DNA of 64,000 bases. It comes from Mobula hypostoma (taxonomy: Eukaryota). Made by a program: the position numbers and the translations under genes. Shown in pieces: positions 1 through 11,853 of this stretch; the first letter of the stretch is position 1, and each line of letters starts with the position of its first letter. The DNA lies in contig NC_086097.1 of NCBI RefSeq assembly GCF_963921235.1, positions 95,358,001 through 95,422,000 on the forward strand. Reading direction: 5' to 3'. The notes below the pieces were generated by a model. It did not search any database, was not told the origin of the DNA, and was given only the letters and a program-made list of their open reading frames with translations.

Positions 1-494
1 TGCCTTCTCCAAAAATGATACATAGGCTACTGTCAGGAAATGTTATACTAATCACAACTGGAATGCTATGTTTAGTTTTGATTCCACTCAACACAATGGA
101 TATTGAAGGTTTGTCAGGTGGAAATATTGCAAGTCCTTCTCACCACTAACACTCTCTCAAGCTGGGGGCAAATTGAAAATTTCAAAACAAAAGATAAACT
201 TACAAGATTTGGAATTAAGATGATTAATTAGAATTTAAATACAATCATTAATGGCATAATTGGTATTTAACAAACATGAGGGGTTGAGTCACCCACTGCT
301 TTGCTCACACAAAGCAAATTGCAGCAATGCAGTTAGCTTTAATTTCATAATTTTTTATTTATTTTTCTCCTCTTTTGAGCAGCATTTTGTTTGAAGTAAT
401 GAAAGTTGGAACTTCCTTAACAGTGACGGGGTACTCAGGACCATAGAGGCCAAGTAACTTGACAGAGGTTAGTGACAGAAATGTAGCAAGGAGG

Positions 495-820
495 ACATAT
501 CTGGTTTACACGGCACCCGACATAGGGAAGTGCGACGTTATGCACTGTGGTAGGAAGAACAAAGGTGTAGACTATTTTCTAAATAGGGAGAAAACTCAGA
601 AATCAGAGGTGCAAAGAGACTTTGGATTCCTAGTTCAGGATTCCTTCAAGGTTAACTTCCATGTTGAGTTGCTAGCAAAGAAGGCAAATATAATTTTAGC
701 ATTAATTTTGAAAGGACTAGAACAAAGAACATGCTCAAGGATGCACTGCTGAGCCTTTATAAGATGTTGGTCAGACCAGTGGGTCAAATGTCTAATTCTG
801 CTCCTGTATCTTATGGTTTC
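495..820 (+). mobile_element. Degraded CR1 LINE fragment (RT C-terminal region joined to 3' tail)
   Basis: Translates to GKCDVMHCGRKN...VQRDFGFLVQDSFK, matching the CR1 ORF2 motif KC.VMH.G..N...QRDLG. Confidence 0.7.
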
Positions 821-1389
821 CAGACTGATTACTTCATAGGAAGGCTAGGTAAAGCATCTGACCAATCCATCATCAAAAGCTTTACACCATTGTAATGGGT
901 AAGATTCCTTCTGCTTCTCATTTTACTTTCTTCTGACTGCTGCTTCACCAAACAGAAAGTAAACACCAGCAGAGCATTTGCACTTTGTCATCTACACCAA
1001 CATCCTGTCAAATGCTGTTTTCTATTAGTCTAAGGTTGCAGATGGAAAAGGAACTGGTGTTATAATTAGCGTGAAGACTTTGGGTTCATTTAATCATTTG
1101 GAGTCCATGTGAAGCAATTATAGCTGTTCACAACACAAACATGCAAGTCCATGTTATTAATACTAAAAATATAAAAGTAAGTGGATTTTTTAAATTTCTA
1201 AAATAAATCTTATGATAAAAAAGATAAACTAAAGAATAAAAACAGTGCAAGTCTATTTACATCCTTCATGTCATTTGGCCAAAACATTCAGTAATGTTAT
1301 TACATTATTTGTTGTGCATATCACCCTTGTGGCACCCTGGGGTGATGCACCCTCCCATTGTTTGAGGGGCTACCCCCTCCGTGTCCAGT

Positions 1390-1525
1390 AGCAAAAGGTC
1401 CTTTCTGACAGAGCCTTAGCATTGGCTGCACCAAGCTTCAATGGATCACTCAGTGTGTACTCCTTTAGCTCCCGAATGTGCCAGTCAGCAGCATTGCTAT
1501 GTGGACAACTCACTGTGCTGGTTGG
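1390..1525 (-). mobile_element. Tx1-clade L1 ORF2 C-terminal relic
   Basis: Minus-strand peptide LKEYTLSDPLKLGAANAKALS resembles the C-terminus of Tx1-type ORF2 (LQEYVLRDALKLGAANAKA), recalled from family knowledge. Confidence 0.55.
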
Positions 1526-1659
1526 AAGTAGAGAGCTAGGTAGGCAGGCAGGCAGGCAGGGTAGATGAGGGTAGGGCAGTGAATATTGTCTATTCAAAAA
1601 GGCCTCTGTCAGGGTCCTGCATGTAAACTGGTCTGGAAGGGGGTCCCCTGGAACTCAGA

Positions 1660-2720
1660 GTAAGCTAGTTAGGCGGGTTTAAAATTGGTTCAGGGGTAGG
1701 AAGCAGAAGGTGGTGGTTGAAAGCTGTTTATCGGAATGAAGGCCGGCGGCTAGTCATGTGCCACAGTGTTTGGTGTTGGGACCCTCATTATTTATTATTT
1801 ATATAAAAGATTTGGATGTGAATGCTCAATTGTTAATCAGCAGGTTTGGGGATGACACAAATTAGATGTTAAATGTAAAGAAAGTTATTAGAAGGTTAAT
1901 CTTGATTAGTTGGGGAAGAGGTTGAGGAGTGACAGATGATTTCATTACAGGTAAGTGTGAAGCAATGTATTTTGGAAAGTCAAACCAGTATAGAACTATG
2001 AAAGGCAGAGCTAGGGAATGTAATGGAACAGAGAGACCTACAAGTACATGAGCATAGTTCATTGAAAACAGTGACAAGGTGGTGAAAAAGGCAGTTAACA
2101 TGCTGGCTTTCATCAGTTGGAGCATTGAGTATAGATACTGGGCCACTGAGTATAGGAGTTGGGACATGATATTGCAGCTGTACAAGTCATTGGCGAGGCC
2201 ACATTTTGAGTATTGTGTACAGTTTTAGCCTTCCTATTATAAGAAATATGCAGTTAAGCTGGAAAGAGTGCAGAAAGGATTTATGAGCATGTTGCTAGTG
2301 CTAGAGGGCCTGAGTTATAGGGAGAAGTTGGCCAGGTTAGGTCTTTATTCCTTGGAATATAAGAGAATGCAGGGCTACCTTACAGAAATCTCCAAAATAT
2401 GGGAGGCATAGATAAGGTGGATGTTAGCAGTCTTTGCTCCAGGGTAGGAGAGATCAAAGCCAGGAGGTATAAATTTATGGTGAGAAAGGAAAGATTTGAA
2501 AGGGAACAGAAGGACACAGAGTGTAGTGATTATATGGAACAAATTGTCAGAGGAAGTGATTGAGGCAAGTACAATAGCATCCTTTAAGGACTTGGATAGG
2601 TACCTGGAGAGGCTGTGCTTAGGGGGATATGGGCTAAATGCAGACAATTGAGTCCAGCTGGATGGTTGACGTGGATTTGTTGAGCCAAAGGGCCCATATC
2701 CATGCTGTATTTCTCTAAGC
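1660..2720 (+). mobile_element. Degraded CR1 LINE 3' portion
   Basis: Decayed RT motifs (GVPQ.SVLGP-like at ~1757-1785, F.DDTK at ~1845-1862), then a typical CR1 C-terminal region and 3' UTR; many stops and frameshifts. Confidence 0.8.
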
Positions 2721-4280
2721 CTCTAAGACAGGTACACACAGGAAGCAGCAGGCAACCTTGTGATAACAGCCAGAAGCTAATCTAATGGCATCACAACTCC
2801 CATCACTGTGGCAATACTATTCCTGCAGTGCCCGACCACCATTGTGAAGAATCATCTCAAATCCAATTGGATCATGCTTCTCTGGAGTGTGATACATTGT
2901 GGAGGATCATGGATGGTGCTAATGCCAATAGAACCTCAGTTATTTTCATCAATTCTTCATAGTTGCAGAATAAGTCTAGAACGTTCTCACATAAGGAAAT
3001 CAGATTCTCCCTACTAGGAGGTCTCACTAAGTGGCTGTCTAACAGCCACAAGTCTGAATGCATTTCTATATTGATACTGCACCCAGAGTAAATTTGCTCA
3101 AATTACTTAAAGAAGCAGCACAGAGATTTACAGCTTTACATATTTTCCACCTACTCCACCTCTTGTCCCAAAGCCTATTTTGTTATTTTTACATTGACAT
3201 AACTCAGTCACAGTACAATAAAGTCAAAAACCAAGTATGAAACAGAACTGAATTTAATTTTTACTCAGTTTGTAATTATCTCAGCAAGGAGGGGCAAGTT
3301 AATCCAATTCTTTTTGGCTGTCCCTGTAGGCAGAATCTACTGCAACCATCAGACTGAGATGTCTACATCTTTTCCCTGCAAGGCAGAGTTCGCTCTTGAA
3401 GGGCTGGGAAATGAGCCTGCACCCATTTCTGTCTGTCCCTTCAGGGAACAAGGTGGTGCTGGTAAAGGTTGGGAAGGGTAGTGGGAAGGAGACATTAAAA
3501 CTGACAGGTTAAGAAAGCTGTGCCTACATGCAAAGTCCCCACAGGGTGAGGAGTCAGTAGGAGAGGCAGGCTGAGGAGGCATGCATCCCTGTGAAACTGT
3601 GAAGCACTGCCTGGAGGCAGTTAAGATAGCAGAAGGAAATTTCTCCCTGTGTTCAACCTGATCGATGGCTAGTCAGTAACCTAAAATTATATCCCACCAT
3701 TATAAATCAGTACAAAATGAAAAAGTTTAAATACTGGGTATTTATATGGACCATTAAATTCAAGAAAGAAACTCCCACTTATACAATGTCTTTCATGCCC
3801 TCCAGTCAATCCAAAGTGGTTAATAACCAAAGAGCTATTTTTTAAGTGTGCTCACCATGGCAATTAAGTGCAAACTTGTCTCTTCAAAAAGGGAAATTAC
3901 AGCCATATCTTCATGCTCACCTTCAAAGTTGGGTGCCAAACTTAACTGTCCTCTTTTTTAGCAGTTTGATAATTTAGCTTCCTATCTCTATATTTTTCTT
4001 CACACCCTCCCAGCTACCTTCCTACAGTCATATGGCAAGCAAATGCACTCCCTGTTAACCATCATATCAATCATGTATGTTAATGGAATCCTTGCTTTCT
4101 TTAATATTGAAATAATGTAACAGGTTGTTCAAAATAATGAAAACAAAACATGCATCATGAAAATAACATTTAGATATATAACAAGTAATTAGAAAGGCAC
4201 ACTGATCTTTAATGCATAAAGATTTGAATACAAAAGAGGGATGTCTTGACCCAACTACAGAGCCCTGGAGAGATCTGGAT

Positions 4281-4929
4281 CTTTATCGAGCACCTTCCCT
4301 CTGTCTGCCACAAAAGACAGGACTCCCCAGTGGCCATTTAATTCAATCTAACTTCCTATTCCCATTCTAACATGTCTATCCATGGCCTCTACTGCCAGGA
4401 TGGACCAAACTCAGGTTAGAGGAGCAAAACCTCATAGTATGTCTTGGTAGCCTCCAACCTGATGGCATTAACATTGATTACTTTAACTTCCAGTAATTTC
4501 TCCCATCCCCCCACCCAATGCTCCTTTTCCATTCCCCACTGGTTCCTCTCTCACCCCTTCTCCTTACCTGCCCATCTCCTCCCTCTGGTGCCCCTGTTCC
4601 ATGGTCCAATGTCCTTCCCTATCAGATTTCTTCTTCTTCTTCACCCCTTTACCTTTTCCACCTATCAGCATCTAGTTCTTTACTTCATTCCCCTCCCCTA
4701 CCCACCCCATCACCTGGTCCCATCTATCAAATGCCAGTTTGTACTCCTTTCCCTTCCCCACCTACTAATACTGGCATTTGCTTCCTTTCTTTCCAGTCTT
4801 AATAAAGGGTTTTGCCAGAATGTCAATTGTCTATTCCCCTCCATATATGCTGCCTGATCGACTGAGTTCCTCCAGCATTTTGTGTGTGTTGCTCAAGATT
4901 TCCAGAATCTGCAGAATTTTTCATGATTA
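4281..4929 (+). mobile_element. Penelope-like element 3' fragment (end of GIY-YIG domain + terminal repeat)
   Basis: Decayed EH...DSPVA.F...HSNMSIHGL...LRLEEQNL...LGSLQPDGINID, then a pyrimidine-rich UTR and a degenerate hammerhead near 4794-4830. Confidence 0.8.
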
Positions 4930-5007
4930 TGATTTGGACAGGTGCAGTCTCCCTACCTAAAGAAGGAAATACTTGGTATAATCAGTGAAGGTTCACCAGA
5001 TTAATTC

Positions 5008-5534
5008 ACCACGTGGATTCCCATTCTGATTTGTCTGTCCACGGCCTCCTCTACTGTAAAGATGAAGACACACTCAGGTTGGAGGAACAACACCTTATAT
5101 TCCCTCTGGGTAGCCTCCAACCTGATGGCATGAACATTGACTTCTCAAACTTCCGCTAATGCCCCACCTCCCCCTCGTACCCCATCTGTTATTTATTTAT
5201 TTATATACACACATTCTTTTTCTCTCTCTCCTTTTTCTCCCTCTGTCCCTCTCACTATACCTCTTGCCCATCCTTTGGGCTTTTATCCCCCCCTCCCCCT
5301 TTTCTTTCTCCCTAGGCCTCCTGTCCCATGATCCTCTCATATCCCTTTTGCCAATCACCTGTCCAGCTCTTGGCTCCATCCCTCCCCCTCCTGTCTTCTC
5401 CTATCATTCCGGATCTTCTCTTCCCCCTCCCTCTTTCAAATCTCTTACTAACTCTTCCTTCAGTTAGTCCTGACGAAGGGTCTCGGCCTGAAACATTGAC
5501 TGTACCTCTTCCTAGAGATGCTGCCTGGCCTGCC
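5008..5534 (+). mobile_element. Penelope-like element 3' fragment
   Basis: HSDLSVHGLLYCKDEDTLRLEEQHLIFPLGSLQPDGMNIDFSNFR*, then UTR and hammerhead core CTGACGA...GAAA at 5466-5501; taattc on both flanks (5002-5007, 5535-5540). Confidence 0.85.
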
Positions 5535-6145
5535 TAATTCCAAGAATGGCAGGTTTGTCCTATGAGCAGAGATAAAAGAGACTGAGCCAACCCTTTCTGG
5601 ATTTTAGAAGAACAACAGCCAAACTCACTAAAATGTACACAAATTTCATGGGGCATGGCTGTGTAGATGGAGGGATGATGCTACCCCATCAGGGTGTCCA
5701 GAACCAGACTCAAGAGGCTCACCATTCATGGAAGAGATGAGAATAAACTTCATCACCGAGACAGCTATAAATCTTTGGAAACCTCTACCCATGAGAATCA
5801 TGATGGCTCTGTCACCGAGAGGAACAATAAAAATGAGGTAAAAAAATCAGCAAGAACAAGAATAACAAATTATTCTGCGATGGATGTGTTCTTGGACAAC
5901 AAAGAGCAGCACTACACCCTACCCCACTCACCAAATCAATCATCCAAAAATTAGGTACCATATAACTTGAAGTATTAAATGTGCATGTATACATTTCTTC
6001 CATGTGCCCTTCCAATACCCAACAGACTTAAATTGTTAAATTCAAACCCAAATCCATTGAGCCTGTGCTATCATGACCAACACGTTTAACTTCACTTCCA
6101 TACTTTACATGCAGACCCAGACAGAAAATATCTAGCTAAAGAACG

Positions 6146-6167
6146 AACACACACACACACACACACA
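6146..6167. repeat. (AC)n microsatellite
   Basis: Direct sequence. Confidence 0.9.
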
Positions 6168-8214
6168 AAATAAGCATACAACAAATCAAGAGCAGGAAAC
6201 CAAGCTCATTTTCTTGATTTTTTAAAAATCTCCTTAGCCCAGGGGCTCAGAGACCAATTAACTTAACACAAATCAGGGAACAAACTAGGGAACATCTGGT
6301 CTGTACAATTCATTGCTGCTCTAAGTGGTGCCTTTAGCCACTGGACCACCAAGGGACTGAGAAATTCCTCTTTGACCTTGTACAAAGGTCTTTTAAAGGA
6401 GAGTTATGTAATCTTTGGGGATTTTGGGAATCTTTGGGAAACTCATTTGAAATTGCCAGAAAATAACCAGAAAGCTACAAAATAATCCTCCTCCTTTCAC
6501 TTCAGCAGAATTGTTTCTATTTCAGCTCCCAGTTCATACTTTGCTCTCAATGCCCCCTTGGCACACTGGGCAAAGATCTGTGCCCGTAAGGATATAGTGA
6601 ATGCCTTCTTACACAATAGGGCAAAAGAATTTATGAGCCGCATCATATAAACACATTTCAATACAGTATCAATGGACAAGCCTCTTAGTAAAAACTTTAT
6701 CGCTCAGTGCTCCTCTGCTCCTTGATACGCAGCTATGTCATGTTCCTATATTCTATCAAGTACAGAGCTTTGCATTTCCCCACATTTCCACTGCATCCAA
6801 ATCAAGACTCACTACACTAGTTTCCTGCACTAACTCATTATTTTCCTTAAGTGTCAAAAACCATACACAGATATTTAGGCACAGTCCTTTTATTAGTTAA
6901 ATGTCTGCACGTTTTAAACAAACTAGGCTACACCTGATCACCACTACTTGCTTCACTTCAGCTGCTCTTCCACACACTTCCAAGGCAGCTGCCACTGGAT
7001 TTTGAAGTGTGCATTGCTTCAAATATATTCTGAACAATCCTGAAATACAAGCCTTTCTGTTAACTACTTTTTAAAATTTCCTCTCAATGGGCCCTGGCCG
7101 TTCATTTAATTTCCTCAACAAACACCACAATCTAGGTACAGCCACGTCATATAAATCCTGGCTCTTTTAAAAAGCATATTATTGATTGCCAAATATTCAG
7201 GATTCAACTTGCCCTCGATCATAATATCTTCAGTCTTTTTCCAGTTCAATGTTAGCTCTCAAATCAAATACCCCCATACAATTCAGACAAATGCGGCATA
7301 TCGCAGCCCTCATCCACTCATTCTAAAGCAAGAAAGTACACAAGGGAAATGGCAAACAGTGGGCACAGCTAAGCTGTCTAAATGTGGCCATAATCAAAAT
7401 GGTACTACATAAAATCTCCATCACAGGAAAAAGAAATCAATCAGGTCCAACTATTTTTTTCCAGTGTTTATGATCCACATAAGACACTACCCACTCACTA
7501 TTGTTAAACCTTCTCAAACTTATTCTTTCAAAAATTTATTTTGCTTTATTTCAACTGCACTAATGATGTCACAACTTATACTGCCTGCGACAGCCAGTTC
7601 TACATTCTTAAACAGACATAAAGGTTTCTTCCAATTACTGCAATGGACACGGAAAACTGTTTTCTGTGTTATTACTGAAGTTATAAAGGAAGACATCCAT
7701 TTCCGTTTTCTCCTTTAGAGTACTCTGTATGGTATCCATGATTCTCTTCACCAAGAGGAATTAAAAAAAAACATTATCTCAGTCCCAACTGGTCACTATC
7801 CAACTGACAAATAAAGCACAGCAAAGAAAAAGGAAAGCATATAGAGAAATCTATCAAGGGTTCTGGCATGCAACAAGCGACAATGAAACTGACTGACTGA
7901 CAAGCAAGACAAGGCAAAGAGAGCAGTCATCTGCCTTCATCCAAAGTTAGTTTTGCCAGGAATAGTCTATGAAAGGACTGAGCATGTTTGATAAACTCTG
8001 GCACCAGTCAGCCTCAGCTGCAACAAATGACTGATGCTCATTTTTGGTCCCATTCCCTCTTGATCACTGAAGCTCAAAACAGAGCAAAGTTGATGTTGTA
8101 TAGACTTAGCAATCAGCATCTAGACCTGAAAGATCCTTTTAATGTGGTCGCTGTCACTCTTTCATCCAGGCTTTCTAAAACAAAGTACCAAGCTAAATAG
8201 TGCGGGTGGCAGTA

Positions 8215-8227
8215 ATATATGTGTATA

Positions 8228-8277
<50 letters not shown>

Positions 8278-8305
8278 TACATACATACATATAGATATAC
8301 ATATA
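8215..8305. repeat. Compound (GT)n-(AT)n-(AC)n/(ATAC)n microsatellite, quasi-palindromic
   Basis: Direct sequence: TG-rich left arm, central (TA)n, CA-rich right arm. Confidence 0.9.
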
Positions 8306-9194
8306 CCCTTTAACAAACTTTCTTTGAACCCTAGTCATTCAAGTCCACCCCACCATGCTGAGAAATGCATTTCAGATCATAACCATGGGGGAAAAAGAAA
8401 CACCTTTTTCCAGGTTCTTTCACCAATCTACCACTTCAAGAACTGTTTCTGTTTCAAGTTTCTCCACATTATTGAATTTTTGCATCCATTACACTTCTCT
8501 GATATATCTTCTCCACTCCTCCATCTAAAGTTCAATGCCAAGAACAGGACGCAGTTCTCTGATTGGGACCAGTTCACCACTACTACTAATTGTACGAAGG
8601 AGTGCTGGCCAGGAACATAACAGTAAATAATAAATGGTTTCATAATGACTGTAGCTTACAAGGTCTGCAGCAAGAAATAGCAGTTTCTTAGGGTTTTAGC
8701 TGATTATTCACAGTAGATAATGGGGAGATACTCCTTAGAAGATAGATCTGATAAACATTAGGAGTATTTTCCCAAGGTAGTGCGATATCCTGAAGAGAAA
8801 AAGGAGAGCTTGCTCCACCTTAGGATGCTAGTCCTAGTGTTAATCAAATATGTGTTCCCAAGAAGATGAAAGGAATGGCATAGGCATTAAATACTGGGGA
8901 ACATCATTGTCAAACCCCAAGCCTCCTTAGCTAATACCCATAACTGTGTTCTATTTGAATGGAGTTAGGAAACATAGGAGGAGGGGATTAGCATTCTGCT
9001 CTTGGAGTCTGCTTCAAGGTCTAATGAGATCAAGGCTGATCCTTCCTTGTTCAATATCTAGGTCCAGTTTAAAGAGAAATTGTTGATGTCAATGTGCACA
9101 TTGAACAGGGAAATCCTATGGTCAAACAAAATAACTTGCAATCCTTTTGGATAACAAAAATCTATCAATCTCAGACTTGAAACCATCATAAAAA

Positions 9195-9785
9195 TATAAT
9201 TGCAAAGAAAGCACAGCAGTGCCTCTACTTCCTCAGGAGTCTGCAGAGATTTGACATGTCATTAAAAACCTTGGCAAACTTCTATAGAAGTGTGGTGAAA
9301 ATTATGCTGACTGGCTGCATCATGGCCTCATGTGGGAACACCAATGACTTTGAGCAGAAAATCCTACAAAAGGTAGAGGATTCAGCCAAGTACGTAACTG
9401 GTTAAGCGCTCCAAACCATTGAGCACATCTACATGAAACATTGCCAGAGGAAAGCAGCATCCATTATCAAAGATCCTCACCACCCAGGCCATGCTCTTTT
9501 CACACTGTTACCATCAGGTAAAAGGTACAGGTGCCTCAGGACTCACACCACCAGGTTCAAAAACAGTTACTGCCCCTCAACCATCGGGCTCTTGAACAAA
9601 AGAGGATAACCACACCATTTAAGGACTCTTTTCTTGTTACTTCATCATCATTATTTATTGCTATTTATTAATATCTGCATTTGCATCATTTGTTGTCCAT
9701 TCTATAGATTTGCTAAGTATGCCTACAGAAAAAGAATCTCAGAGCTGTATGTGATCCGATAATAAATTTAACTTTGAACCTTGAA
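9195..9785 (+). mobile_element. Rex1/Babar LINE 3' fragment
   Basis: AKKAQQCLYFLRSLQRFDMSLKTLANFYRSVVK..LTGCI, then a 3' UTR ending aataaa...ctttgaaccttgaa tandem tail. Confidence 0.85.
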
Positions 9786-11681
9786 ATTAAAAATTGACTT
9801 ATGAATGAAGGCCTACAGAAGTGTGTTCCAAACCTTATCCCTCTATTGCTCAGAGGCATTTTCTAAAAAAAAGACCTTAGAGGCTTGGTTATAAACTTTG
9901 AGACAATGTCTTCTGGTTCAATAGGACAGGATCTGAACATTTACTCTGTCTTGAGATCCTTTGTTTTGTTTTCCATGTTCAGCCTAGATGAGGGAAGTTA
10001 AGACCATGCAAAACAAGATACATGCTGGTCTAATCAATTGAATCAGGGATCGGTGGGGGGGGGGGGGTTAAACTCAAAACAAAGATCCTGTTGTCCATAT
10101 AAACTGAATGCATTCCCAGGAATGGCTAAAGAAGGTTTAGGAGTGATGCACTTTGTGAACATTACTAGTCTGTGCCCGAGGCTCTCCAAATCACAGGCTG
10201 ATGCATTAAACATGCACAGAGGTATTTTCATACACCACCTCTTTTATTACAACAGACCAAGGTATTGGGACAATTTACAAGTATGTATGACACTCTAAGA
10301 CTAATCTTCAGTTTAGTGGAGTCAGTTCTTCAGATCTCTGAAACCATGATACTTGGTCTGAGGTCTGAGGCAACATTCTGCCGGAAGCAAAGTAAGAGAC
10401 TCAACAAACAGTTAAAAGATCCACTGCAATTTTTCTAATGCACAAGCAAATATAAATACTTCCGAAAGAGAGTTCTTCCACAACATCTCTTTGTTCAAAG
10501 CCACTTATAGTAACTCAGAAGTGGCATATTGTGTTGAAATTTTATGCTTCAGTAAAATGGAATGGCAAGTAAGTAAAATGTGATCCTGAAGAATGTGCAG
10601 ATGAGGTCACAGTTCCCCCAAAGGCTGTATTTTCAAATGAAATGTAGATACTGGCTGTGTTGTGAAGCCTTTATTCATAACATATAATCAACATTTTACC
10701 AAACAGAGAGAATTCAGGCTCCAGTTATTTGGACCCTGCAAGAATATTTCTCCCCCAAACAGTAAACATACAGAGAATTCTTTAACAGAATTCAAACATA
10801 AATGCTCTAAATTAATCCAGACTCAAGTGATTATTGTGGTAAAGGGTTCAAAAGGAGCAGAAAGTAAAAAAAAAGTTTAGGAATTTTAGGAATTAAAAAA
10901 AAGGCGATCAGCTGGAATTTTTTAATCCAAAGGGCAGCTGATCAGTGCAATAATTTACGAAGGAAAGCCATTGAGACAAACAGGATCAATGAGTTCAAGA
11001 GACAAATGCGTGATCTTCTATTGTTGTAAGTATAAAGAGGTTTAATGTGATTTCTTTCCTCCCATGGTTCTCAAAGCTTTGGTCTGCTAGAAATTCTAAC
11101 ATCGTCTGAATAGAAATAATTAGAGTGAAGGAAAATGGGTAGGGTTGTCCTATATAATGTACTTTTCTACTGATAACCATGACTTTCTTTTATTCTTCTT
11201 AAGCAATTCTCTCTCTACATTTTATCTACATCCTTGTGCCTTGACCAGTAGGCTGTCAGGTACTAAACTACTACTTGCATTTTTCCAAAGACACAGAGGG
11301 TACAGATTTAATCGCTGTAAATGCACAAAGAATTCTCGTCATTCATGTTGCTACCATTAAATAGTAATAGGAAGATTGTTCTACTCACCAGAAACATGCT
11401 TCATGCACTTAACACAGGAAGCAAATCCTAGAATTTGAAAGCATGCAGATGGGGAATAGCCAAGATGGTATCAAATATACTTTACACTACAGAGCAGGTC
11501 ACTTGGCACAACCAGCCTATGCCTAATTTTATATTTTCCTCTATTACCTCTTACTATATCCTGACTATTCCCCTCTATACCCCAGGTATATGAAATCTTC
11601 CCTTACCAAATGCAATTTCCTCCAATAATTACATTTAGCAGCAGAATACCCCACACCCTCTTCTTGATGGCCTATTTCTGA

Positions 11682-11853
11682 AACAAAACAAAATCTGAAG
11701 AACTGGAAATCCAAACAACACACACAACATGCTGGAGGAACTCAGCAGGCCAGGCAGCATCTATGGAAAAGAGTAAATAGTTGACGTTTCGACCGAAAGC
11801 CTTTTCCATAGATGCTGCCTGGTCTGCTGAGTTCCTCTAGCATGTTGTGCGTG
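11682..11853. mobile_element. Mini fold-back Penelope terminal-repeat insertion (palindromic)
   Basis: Inverted arms acacacacaacatgctggaggaactcagcagg...ctatggaaaag / cttttccatag...gctgagttcctctagcatgttgtgcgtgt; degenerate 14-bp TSD tggcctatttctga (11668-11681) / tggccttttcctga (11854-11867). Confidence 0.8.

Larger units (their letters stand above)
4180..5900 (+). mobile_element. Old CR1 3' fragment split by two Penelope-like insertions
   Basis: CR1-like segments at ~4190-4280, ~4930-5007 and ~5535-5900 join into a continuous CR1 3' end when the inserts are removed. Confidence 0.6.
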
